A stretch of DNA of 45,222 bases from an uncultured bacterium. GTDB lineage: Bacteria > Poribacteria > WGA-4E > UBA9662. The stretch's first letter is position 1. Each line of letters opens with the position of its first letter. This document shows positions 37,024 through 45,222 of this stretch, piece by piece. The DNA is taken from contig CAYVHK010000001.1 in the NCBI GenBank assembly GCA_964451145.1, positions 5,873-51,094 on the forward strand. The letters run 5' to 3'. A program made the position numbers and the translations under genes. Under the pieces are notes generated by a model, which had not been told where the DNA came from, did not search any database, and worked only from the letters and a program-made list of their open reading frames with translations.

Positions 37024-38004
37024 TCAATTGGACCAATTATGACTAACCCAACCAATCAACCCGACCAATGTGGCATAAGCTAAAATGATAAGATGTAGGC
37101 TCAAACCAATTGTTAAAGCTGTTATAGAAGGCACTTGGCAAATAGTTAAGGCCCATGTGAAAGGAACTTCTACTGTTCCCAAATTTCCTACTGATTGGAT
37201 TGGCAAAAGATTAAAAAGATTTGTGAATGAGAGTGCAAAAACGATTTCTGAGATAGAAAGACCAGTTTTCATAAGCTGGATTAAGTAGACTTGAAAACCA
37301 AAGCGTACAGACAAACTTAGTAATGATAACGTCCAGATTTTCCACTGCCTCTGCCTCACTTCTGAGTCAGTTAACGCCTTCCATAGATTATCTAACACAG
37401 GCAGCATCCAGCGTAATATAAGAGAACTCAGTCTTGTTTTGATCAAATAACATTGAAAAAAAGACCGTAATGGAAAAGTCGGTTTCGACGCTAATCTACC
37501 TACTGCTAATAGTATTAATACAAGAATTAGGCTACACAAAATCGGTAGATAAAATAAGATTGCATAAGATAAATTGACAACACCGACCAGAAAACTAGTA
37601 ATTGACAATATTAATAGAATTAATGCTAGATCAATTACACTGGCTAAAATCAAAGAAATAAAACCAGTTGAACCACTAACTGATTCCTTTTTCTTGATCA
37701 GATAAAGATAAGAAAGGTCCGCACTTCTAAAAGGCAAAACATTACTTAGAAAAGTGTGGATGGAAAATATAGGAAGGAGTCCTAAAATTGAGTTATCTAA
37801 ACCTAAGATGCTACCAAAACGCCCAGCTTTGGTAGCAACAAAAAATAAGTAACAGATAAAGCCAATAAACAGAGAATATTTGGGCAATTGGACTAGTTGC
37901 TCAATTACTTGATTCAGTTCAATTTTGGCTACTAACCAGACAACAGCTATTAATGCTATTATAATTGCTAAAATAATTTTAAGGTAGTGTCTTAGAAGTT
38001 CCAT
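37024..38004 (-). CDS. LPG_synthase_TM / flippase-like (UPF0104) membrane protein
   Basis: Multi-TM; NVLPFRSADL and LLPIQSVGNLGTVE motifs. Confidence 0.85.
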   Translation of the reverse strand: MELLRHYLKIILAIIIALIAVVWLVAKIELNQVIEQLVQLPKYSLFIGFICYLFFVATKAGRFGSILGLDNSILGLLPIFSIHTFLSNVLPFRSADLSYLYLIKKKESVSGSTGFISLILASVIDLALILLILSITSFLVGVVNLSYAILFYLPILCSLILVLILLAVGRLASKPTFPLRSFFQCYLIKTRLSSLILRWMLPVLDNLWKALTDSEVRQRQWKIWTLSLLSLSVRFGFQVYLIQLMKTGLSISEIVFALSFTNLFNLLPIQSVGNLGTVEVPFTWALTICQVPSITALTIGLSLHLIILAYATLVGLIGWVSHNWSN

Positions 38005-38183
38005 TTTTATTCTGAGTCGCAGAAAACTAATTTAGCAATTCTGTAATGGTGTAATCTGACAATTATAGTGGATAAGGAAAGATTTAATTTGATAATCAAT
38101 GATACCAGATGGGATGTTTTGACGTTATATCTCTCTGAGTTGATATCAAAAATTAGATAAACAACTTAGTTGGAGATGATCAA

Positions 38184-38756
38184 ATGCTTTATCTTAATTC
38201 GCTGAAAAACTTAGCCTTGAGTAATCCGGACAATCGTTTTGCTATTTGTCATAAACCGATGCAAGAAATGCCAACAATTCCAGAATTAGCCCCATCCAAA
38301 AACCTAATTGCACTCTGGAAGGCTGAATCAATTGAATGGACCGAGTTTAAAGACCAATACTTACATGAAATGCGACAAGAGTTCGCACATAAGCCAAGCC
38401 GGTTGCAAGGAGTTGCCGAATACAGTTTGGAAAACGATGTTACCCTTCATTCACCGGAACCCAATGGTCAGAAGACTTACCGAGCTTTGTTAGGCCAGAT
38501 TATCGATGAAATTTGGCAAAATAGCCAACAAACTGGGCAAATTATTGATTTGGCATTAGCTCCGACTGTCCCATCTAAATATAGTCAGGAAAATCAAAAA
38601 ATGATGCAAACCATAGCTGGGAAGTGCGACCATTTTTCGGCTATCAAAGATTGGTCCAATAAGCCAGCGAGCTGCGAGGGTTGTTACTATTTAGACCAGC
38701 AAGTATTAGCTTGTCCGCCTACGAGCCAAGTAGTAGTCAATTATCAATGGGTTTAA
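38184..38756 (+). CDS. DUF488/YeaO-like protein with a C-terminal Cys cluster
   Basis: PELAPSKNL...WTEFKDQYLHEM; C-terminal CDHF...CEGC...CP; GGAG RBS. Confidence 0.65.
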   Translation: MLYLNSLKNLALSNPDNRFAICHKPMQEMPTIPELAPSKNLIALWKAESIEWTEFKDQYLHEMRQEFAHKPSRLQGVAEYSLENDVTLHSPEPNGQKTYRALLGQIIDEIWQNSQQTGQIIDLALAPTVPSKYSQENQKMMQTIAGKCDHFSAIKDWSNKPASCEGCYYLDQQVLACPPTSQVVVNYQWV

Positions 38757-39501
38757 TCGGTTTTGATCGAAATCGAGTAGCCAAGAAATTTTCAATAGCA
38801 ATTGGAACTAGATGATTAATACGATGTTTACTTTCTAGTCGTTGCCTAATTTCGGTCGATGAGATCTCGGTATAAAAATCGTCCAAGGTAACTATATCCA
38901 CCAGAGGCGAAAATGTTGGCCAATCCACTAAAAAATCGGCAATTTCGTCTCTGTTGAAAGTCTGCCGATTTGCGACAATCAAACGGCATTGACCAAACAG
39001 TTGGGCTAAAGCCGTTTGTTGGTCGTCATAATATTTCGGGTCAAAAATCCGGATCAGGGTATCATAACCGATAATAAAAGTATATTCATTAGACACAGGT
39101 AATTCGTGTTTCAGGGCTTTTATTTTGTCGATAAAACGCCCGTGACTGGTCAAAGCTACGGAATAATCATCTAAAGGATTTGCGTAAGCAGCCATCATCT
39201 GTAATCGATCAATTAGAGAAAAACCAAAAACACTCTTATCAACATTATTTTTAGCCAATAGAAGAATGATTTCGTCTAACCGAAATTTTTGTTGTGCCAC
39301 CTGCATCATTTTTGAATGAGCAATAGTCAAAGGATTAAAGGAAGCAGAGAAAATACCAATCTTTTTTCTGTTCAAAGTGTTGCTTCCCTTGGCCCGTTTG
39401 ACCCAACGAACGGTTGGTTGATCATTTTCATTAAGAGAATCGATGAGATTCTGTAGAAAATTCTGGTTGATCATATATGGAGATTGGGGAGGTGTGTTCA
39501 T
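38737..39501 (-). CDS. NadD-like nucleotidyltransferase (nicotinate/nicotinamide mononucleotide adenylyltransferase-like)
   Basis: GIFSASFNPLTIAH, IIGYDTLIRIFDPKYY, IVANR, ISSTEIR; the start may be ATG 39474. Confidence 0.85.
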   Translation of the reverse strand: MNTPPQSPYMINQNFLQNLIDSLNENDQPTVRWVKRAKGSNTLNRKKIGIFSASFNPLTIAHSKMMQVAQQKFRLDEIILLLAKNNVDKSVFGFSLIDRLQMMAAYANPLDDYSVALTSHGRFIDKIKALKHELPVSNEYTFIIGYDTLIRIFDPKYYDDQQTALAQLFGQCRLIVANRQTFNRDEIADFLVDWPTFSPLVDIVTLDDFYTEISSTEIRQRLESKHRINHLVPIAIENFLATRFRSKPIKPIDN

Positions 39502-40132
39502 GTTTTCTTCGTTGTTATTAAAATTAAGGAGTATACTATTTCTTATTGGTATAGGGTGGACGCTCTGGTTTTTGAGTGGATGCTACCAAGCCAAACCGTC
39601 GATCAACCTACTGGCCGAAAAACCTTTAACTACCCAATTAGATGTACGAATGACTGCTATTGAAACTTGGATAAATGGCCAAAGTCAATCCGAAAAAGCA
39701 AACACTCCAAACGTTGACATGCAATTTGTCCAAATCACACAAGACATCGAAAATCAGCTAAAACCTATCCAAAAACAGTTAATTGAACTCAAACAGCAAC
39801 TGCATTCTTTGAAGGCCTTACAACAAAATATTCTTCAACAAGAAAACAAAATACAAGATTTAGAAGCGCGATTAAATTTTGTTCTATCAAAAACTAATGG
39901 TACTCAGAAAGTCAATCCACCTGATTGGCTTTACAAAATTATATGGGAAAATGAGGGTATGATCTATGCGGTTGGTGTTTCCACCAACAAAAAATTGGCA
40001 ATCCTGAATGCCCAAAACGCCTTACGCAATTATTTCAATTCTCAGATTGTTGATCAAGTACAGGTTCTGGAAACCTTTCAACAAAGTGGTCGATTCTATG
40101 TTTTGGTCACAAAAAAACAAAACGACCGTTAA
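39500..40132 (+). CDS. Coiled-coil putative lipoprotein
   Basis: ATG 39500 follows GGAGG (39488-39492); hydrophobic stretch ending LSGC; Q/L heptads; short C-terminal domain IYAVGVS. The longest ORF starts at 39443. Confidence 0.7.
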   Translation: MFSSLLLKLRSILFLIGIGWTLWFLSGCYQAKPSINLLAEKPLTTQLDVRMTAIETWINGQSQSEKANTPNVDMQFVQITQDIENQLKPIQKQLIELKQQLHSLKALQQNILQQENKIQDLEARLNFVLSKTNGTQKVNPPDWLYKIIWENEGMIYAVGVSTNKKLAILNAQNALRNYFNSQIVDQVQVLETFQQSGRFYVLVTKKQNDR

Positions 40133-40140
40133 AAAACGGT
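40111..40140 (-). terminator. Possible weak intrinsic terminator between convergent genes
   Basis: accgtt-aaaa-aacggt hairpin (40125-40140) followed on the minus strand by a T-rich tract; the stem is only 6 bp. Confidence 0.3.
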
Positions 40141-40174
40141 AAAAATTACTAATCTAAATCGTTTTTAGCTGAAC

Positions 40175-41266
40175 CTAAACGTTAAACCGAATGGTTAAGA
40201 CATCACCATCCTGTACTATGTACTCTTTACCCTCCAAACGAAGTTTTCCGATTGCTTTAGCAGCATTGAAACCGCCCAACTGAACCAAATCTTGCCAAAA
40301 TATTGTCTCAGCTCGAATAAATCCACGAGCCAAATCACTATGAATAGTGCCTGCCGCTTCCAATGCAGTAGCTCCTCGGGGTAAAGTCCAAGCTCTAACT
40401 TCATTCAGACCACCGGCCGTCAGAAACGTAATCAGACCTAACAACCGATATGAGACCTGAATAAAACGATTAAGGGCGGGTTCAGGCAATCCCATTTCTT
40501 TCTGAAAAATGGCAGCCTCATCTGATTCCAGTTGAGCAATTTCCATCTCAATTTGAGCCGATAATATAAAAATTTCGGTCTTCTCTTTATTGGCATAATC
40601 TGAAAATAAATCTTCAATTTCGCTCACTTGGTCCAGTTGGTCTTCGGCCACGTTCAGAATAATTAGTAGCGGCTTTTGAGTCAAAAATTGATAACCACGG
40701 ATCGCCTTTTTCTCAATCTCAGACAAAGTCAATTCCCGAATGGATGTACCATTTAGTAAAGATTGCTCCCATCGCTGCAACACTTCAAGTTGATATAGCA
40801 GTTCAGCATCATTTTGGACCCTTAAGTCGCGTTCAATTCGTTGAATCCGTTTTTCAACAATTTTTAGATCGGCTATGGCAAACTCTAACTCAATCGTTTC
40901 GATATCCCTGATCGGATCGATTGTGCCTTCGATATGTGGCACAGACTCATTTTCAAACACACGTACCACTTGAGCAAGTGCCTCAACCTCTCTCAAATCA
41001 GCGAGAAAACTCGCCTCAAATCCACTTCTTTCCGAATCCCCCTTGGATAAGCCGATCACATCGATATAGTCTATGGTGGTTGGTGTTACTTTTTTAGGTT
41101 GAAAAAGTTCTGCCAGTTCTGTCAAACGAGAATCCGGTACTTGTACAGAGCTTATGTTCGATGATTGGCTTCCAGTATAGTTGCCAGTTTCGGCTTCCAG
41201 TCCAGTCAATGCATTAAAAATGGTGGTCTTACCCACGAAGGGCAAACCAACGATACCTACTTTCAT
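40175..41266 (-). CDS. ychF: YchF/OLA1-family ATPase
   Basis: VGIVGLP..GKTT.FNALT, VPD.RL, VVRVF, LTQKP, LGLITF.T, EVRAW, IHSD..RGFIRAE, RLEGKEYIVQDGD. Confidence 0.93.
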   Translation of the reverse strand: MKVGIVGLPFVGKTTIFNALTGLEAETGNYTGSQSSNISSVQVPDSRLTELAELFQPKKVTPTTIDYIDVIGLSKGDSERSGFEASFLADLREVEALAQVVRVFENESVPHIEGTIDPIRDIETIELEFAIADLKIVEKRIQRIERDLRVQNDAELLYQLEVLQRWEQSLLNGTSIRELTLSEIEKKAIRGYQFLTQKPLLIILNVAEDQLDQVSEIEDLFSDYANKEKTEIFILSAQIEMEIAQLESDEAAIFQKEMGLPEPALNRFIQVSYRLLGLITFLTAGGLNEVRAWTLPRGATALEAAGTIHSDLARGFIRAETIFWQDLVQLGGFNAAKAIGKLRLEGKEYIVQDGDVLTIRFNV

Positions 41267-41294
41267 ATCTCAATGTTCCACTATATTTTTTGAA

Positions 41295-42380
41295 TTAACA
41301 AAGCCCCAGTTCTTCCTTGACAACAGCTACACCAGCTACCATATTTCTCAATTTTTTCTTGGCCGCCCAGCGTGCCGTTTGACTCAGGCCGCAATCGGGA
41401 GCAAAAGCCAATTTCTCAGCTGGAGCATAATCCATACACTTACGCACCCGGTCAGCGACATCTGATACAGTTTCGATATAGTAGCTTTTGACATCGATAA
41501 TACCCACCGCTACATCTTTCACTTTGGCAATTTGGCCAATAATATCCAGCTCAGAAAATTCACGACTAGCCATTTCTAAGTGTATTTCATCTACTGCCAT
41601 TTTTAGAAAATGGGGAAACATAGGCTTATACTGGCGCGAACCGACTGCTCGCCCTTTGTAGTTGCCAAAGCACAGATGAGTCGAGAGCCGAGTTCGTCCC
41701 AAGACTGGTGCCACTGTCCGGTTAAAAATATCAACCAACCGAGCTGGATCTTCTCGGTGGGCATAGCAACTCATAGACGGTTCATCAACAGTTAGTTCTT
41801 GGCAACCAGCATTTACTAAAGCTACTATTTCTTTTTGAACAATGGGTATTAGGGCTTCGGTAATCGCATACCGATCGACATAATAATCAGAGTTCGGCAG
41901 TAAACGACCACTCAATGTATATGGGCCCGGCACAGAAGCCTTGAGAACAGGTGAAGTGTTCAAGTGTGAGACTGCCTGTTTTAAAAGTTTAAAGTCAGCT
42001 ATTGTCCCGAGCCCTTTGGGTGCTGATAGCTGATCGACAATTTGGTGCTTTCCTCTTTGATCATGAGCTGGAGGACCGAACTGTCGAGGTATAGTCGACT
42101 CCATTTCAATACCTTGTAGATAACCATAAAATGAAAGATTGAAATCGAGCCGACTCTGCTCACCGTCGGTGATAATGTCTAAACCTGCCTTTAGCTGATC
42201 TTGAACTGCAGTTGTAACAGCATCACTTTGTAATTCAGCCACATCTTCTGAGCCAAATCGATCCAGGTTTTGAGATGAAAACTCCAACCAACTAGGCAAG
42301 GGATAACTACCTATAACAGTGGTTTGCAAAGGCTTCCTTTGAAAACCACTGTTGTCATGTTGTTTCATTTCACTTAACAT
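41295..42380 (-). CDS. Cobalamin-independent methionine synthase II family, catalytic domain only
   Basis: TTVIGSYP, TDGEQSR, GPYT, VDEP; Zn ligands HLC, E, PDCG; 361 aa with no N-terminal MetE barrel. Confidence 0.9.
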   Translation of the reverse strand: MLSEMKQHDNSGFQRKPLQTTVIGSYPLPSWLEFSSQNLDRFGSEDVAELQSDAVTTAVQDQLKAGLDIITDGEQSRLDFNLSFYGYLQGIEMESTIPRQFGPPAHDQRGKHQIVDQLSAPKGLGTIADFKLLKQAVSHLNTSPVLKASVPGPYTLSGRLLPNSDYYVDRYAITEALIPIVQKEIVALVNAGCQELTVDEPSMSCYAHREDPARLVDIFNRTVAPVLGRTRLSTHLCFGNYKGRAVGSRQYKPMFPHFLKMAVDEIHLEMASREFSELDIIGQIAKVKDVAVGIIDVKSYYIETVSDVADRVRKCMDYAPAEKLAFAPDCGLSQTARWAAKKKLRNMVAGVAVVKEELGLC

Positions 42381-42385
42381 TTCCT

Positions 42386-42940
42386 TTAGTCATTACCCCA
42401 AGACGATGGGAGAGCCGTAGTCAAAGTGAAGATCGTTTTTGCTAATTCAGTCAATCTCCCACTAATCTTTTCTGATTGCACAAACATTTCTGGTGTGCGG
42501 TCGTTACCAAAATCACTTCCAGTGGCATAAACAAATCGAGGGATAATCAAACAACGAAAGTCAAGCATTAGGCTATTAGCAATGCTCATCACCGACATGT
42601 AACTCGAGTGCCCACCGGCAGCACATGCAAAGCCAACAACTTTGTTACTCCACTGCCGACCAGTTAATTCGATCATATTCTTGGCTGCAGCGTTAACAGC
42701 ATAGTTGTAAATCGGCACGGTCAAAATAATAGCCTGAGTTTCCTCCACTCTCTCCTGAAGAAATTTCACATGTGAATCATCGAAAGCACCAGCAGTACCG
42801 CACAATGGGAGCGGATGCTGCCGAAGATCAATCAAAGGTACCTCCACTCCTAAATAGCACAAGTGTTCACTCAGCTGTTGTGCCAACACATAAGACCGAC
42901 TTTGTGGATGAAGAGAACAACTAATAATGGTGATACTCAT
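42386..42940 (-). CDS. NADPH-dependent FMN reductase family flavoprotein
   Basis: IISCSL..SRS, PIYNY....KN.IE, W.NKVVG...AGG. Confidence 0.88.
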   Translation of the reverse strand: MSITIISCSLHPQSRSYVLAQQLSEHLCYLGVEVPLIDLRQHPLPLCGTAGAFDDSHVKFLQERVEETQAIILTVPIYNYAVNAAAKNMIELTGRQWSNKVVGFACAAGGHSSYMSVMSIANSLMLDFRCLIIPRFVYATGSDFGNDRTPEMFVQSEKISGRLTELAKTIFTLTTALPSSWGND

Positions 42941-42964
42941 GGTTCAATAGTACTCTCGATTTCT

Positions 42965-44800
42965 CTAATTTAACAATTGGTTCAATTGTGGATGGTTTTC
43001 TACTATCTGATCGACTCGTTGGTTGACTGATTTTGACTCCATGAGTGGAGGGGCATTGTGCGGCTTAAAACGAGCATCAATCACTAAAGGGCCTTGTGTT
43101 CCCCAATGTTTATCTATTACAAATGAGCCTGCGCCATAAATGTCGGTAGAAGGATTGGAACGAGTGAACGTCAACCACAAAAAATTAGACCAGTCAGCAA
43201 CACAAAACTCCACGTCATCTACAAGCACCACTAATGGTAGAGTAGACCAGCGAGAGGATTCGATAACAGAACAAAGATTTTCGACCTGATTTTTTGCTAG
43301 TTCATAATTTTCAGTAAATCTTGGTCCAGCCACAGCACAAATACCTGGCATAATCATTCTAGAATGATCAAAAGGTGCAACCAATCGCTGTGGAACTTCG
43401 GTAGCTAAGTCTCTAATTTTTGGTCCAGCTGCCGCCACCACCACTTTAGAACCAAAATTTAACTCCGGGGTAGAGTAATCTAGCGTATCCATAGTCGTTT
43501 GAGTCTGGAAGTGGAGGTCTCGCGTTAAGTCGACTCGCTCCAACAAATGCGCAAAAAAAGATTGAATGTGATGGGTTGATAGGTCGGGGTTGTCTTCTTT
43601 TGCTACGATAAATAGGTACTTTGCCAGACTGCACTGATTAAATCCCAAAATAGCGTTAGCTTGAGTCAATATTTCCATTGGCAGCCTTTGACGATAGGGG
43701 ACATAACGTTCACTGCCAATGGCGAGTAGTAGTGGATGTACGCCGGCTTCATCAACAGCGTTCAGTTCTTTTACACCAGGTATTTCAACAGGTACCATAG
43801 GTTTGGTAATTTCATGAATCAGGTGGCCAAAAGTACTGTCTTCTTGTGGTGGACGTCCGACAACTGTAAACGGCCAAATAGCATTTGGCCGATGAAAAAC
43901 TTTTTCAACCTTCATATAAGGAAAATGGTGAGTCAGGCTATAATAACCAAGATGATCCCCGAAAGGCCCCTCCGGTTTGGTTGCCTGTGGATCGATCGTG
44001 CCAATCAAACAAAAGTCAGAGTCAGCTAAAATCGGATAGTCGTTCCAACGTTTATACCGAACATTTCGAGCAGCCATCATGCCGGCGAAGATAATCTCCG
44101 AGAACCCTTCTGGTAGGGGCATTACAGCAGCCAAAGTGTGTGCTGGTGGACCACCAACAAAAATACACACCTTCAAGGGCTGTTTTTTTTTGATGGCTTT
44201 TGAATGATGTATACCGATACCGCGATGGATTTGGTAGTGTAGGCCAACTTCTTGATCAATTTGGTAGTCGTTACCCGACAGTTGTACCCGATACATGCCT
44301 AGATTGGTATTAAATAGCCCACCCTCTTCTGGGTCTTCTGTTAAGACTTGTGGCAAGGTGATAAAAGCCCCACCGTCCATGGGCCAGCTGACAATTTGCG
44401 GCAATTGAGACACTGTTGTTTGCCTAGCCAATACAGGTGCTGAAGAGGTTAATAAAGGTAATGATCGGAATCCTGCTACAGGTAATCGGAATAGATTTTT
44501 GAGATTGGAAAAAACACTCGCTGGGTTGGCTTTGAATCGGACCGCAGATTTGACTGAGGAGAGACTTTTTCTGAAAATATATTGACTACGTTCAATCGTA
44601 CCAAACAAGTTGGAAGCAGCGGGGAAAGGCGTCCCGACTACCTTCTCAAACAAGAGGGCCGGCCCACGGGCTTTGTAGACACGACGAGTCAGCTCGGCCA
44701 TTTCGAGGTTGGGAGAAATGGGTTTCGTAACCCGAATCAACTGGTTGGTTTTATCCAAGTCTCGGACACAGTCTTCAGTACAGCGGTAGGCCCTGATCAA
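42965..44800 (-). CDS. UbiD-family prFMN-dependent decarboxylase (long form)
   Basis: GPALLFE, NLFGT, WPMDGGAFITLP, NLGMYRVQ, EGPFGDHLGYY, TVVGRPPQED, DTLDY. Confidence 0.93.
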   Translation of the reverse strand: MIRAYRCTEDCVRDLDKTNQLIRVTKPISPNLEMAELTRRVYKARGPALLFEKVVGTPFPAASNLFGTIERSQYIFRKSLSSVKSAVRFKANPASVFSNLKNLFRLPVAGFRSLPLLTSSAPVLARQTTVSQLPQIVSWPMDGGAFITLPQVLTEDPEEGGLFNTNLGMYRVQLSGNDYQIDQEVGLHYQIHRGIGIHHSKAIKKKQPLKVCIFVGGPPAHTLAAVMPLPEGFSEIIFAGMMAARNVRYKRWNDYPILADSDFCLIGTIDPQATKPEGPFGDHLGYYSLTHHFPYMKVEKVFHRPNAIWPFTVVGRPPQEDSTFGHLIHEITKPMVPVEIPGVKELNAVDEAGVHPLLLAIGSERYVPYRQRLPMEILTQANAILGFNQCSLAKYLFIVAKEDNPDLSTHHIQSFFAHLLERVDLTRDLHFQTQTTMDTLDYSTPELNFGSKVVVAAAGPKIRDLATEVPQRLVAPFDHSRMIMPGICAVAGPRFTENYELAKNQVENLCSVIESSRWSTLPLVVLVDDVEFCVADWSNFLWLTFTRSNPSTDIYGAGSFVIDKHWGTQGPLVIDARFKPHNAPPLMESKSVNQRVDQIVENHPQLNQLLN

Positions 44801-44831
44801 TTTTTAATTTTTTTGGTCGCTTAGCTCGCCG

Positions 44832-45110
44832 CTAACAACCACCCCCGATAGCCGGTAAAAAATGCACTTCTGAGGTTGGGCCAATAGGTGATCGCATACC
44901 ACGATCGATCAACACACCATCAACATAAACACCAATATAGGGGCTAATACGTTCCAAACCATCGTCTTGATGGCAGAGTCGCTCTTTTACACCAGGGAAC
45001 TCCGCTTCCATATTATCTACTAATTCTCGCAAGGTTGTCCCTGAAATTTCAATCTGGCTTTTTTCGGCAGTCAAATCACGCATGAGGGAAGGGATAGAGA
45101 TAATGGCCAT
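44832..45110 (-). CDS. MoaD/ThiS-family ubiquitin-like sulfur carrier
   Basis: IPSLMR.LT...G.TLREL...FPG...VYVDG...V.FLPAIGGG(C). Confidence 0.9.
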   Translation of the reverse strand: MAIISIPSLMRDLTAEKSQIEISGTTLRELVDNMEAEFPGVKERLCHQDDGLERISPYIGVYVDGVLIDRGMRSPIGPTSEVHFLPAIGGGC

Positions 45111-45222
45111 AACTTAATCTACAGATAAAGTATTCAGATAGCTTTACAGGTTTTAATTTATAATAATTATACAATTTTGGTTAAATTTTATTTATATCTT
45201 TAAGTACTACACACGGATACAT

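Noticed and set aside
45111-45222. Very AT-rich end with TATAAT on the minus strand (45171-45166)
   Set aside because: Probably the promoter region of the MoaD-like operon, but there is no credible -35 and matches are expected by chance at this AT content

Overview
A gene-dense, AT-rich bacterial chromosomal segment of 45 kb with about 33 CDS. I recognised no RNA genes, CRISPR array, integrase or transposase. The gene mix (PhyH dioxygenase, CRTAC1/ASPIC-UnbV, TPR protein, sulfatase, EutN/CcmL shell protein, two OPT-like membrane proteins) resembles Candidatus Poribacteria or a PVC-like lineage; this is inference only. The main feature is a compact + strand operon (6.5-19.25 kb) behind a near-consensus sigma70 promoter. 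It encodes (1) a ~2480-aa fusion of two LysM domains, acidic Ca-binding-like repeats, a PA domain, an M28-peptidase fold lacking its normal Zn ligands, large helical inserts and a MacB/FtsX-type permease; (2) a 56-aa two-TM protein absent from the ORF track; (3) an OPT-like transporter; (4) a discoidin-like lipoprotein; (5) a hypothetical gene split by an in-frame TAG; (6) a stand-alone PqqD/RRE protein; and (7) a LolD/MacB-type ATPase. I know of no characterised system with this composition. A GT2 / radical SAM-SPASM / ackA / HEAT-repeat operon is transcribed divergently from it. The rest of the window holds a BMC satellite (EutN plus RhaD-like aldolase) linked to a degenerate CapA and a second OPT-like protein, hsp20-lon, a broken membrane-protein gene containing a perfect 22-bp inverted repeat, a sulfatase whose CxPxR motif reads CxPxL, and a MoaD-UbiD-FMN reductase-core MetE-YchF operon. 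All family calls come from reading motifs by eye; no database search was run.
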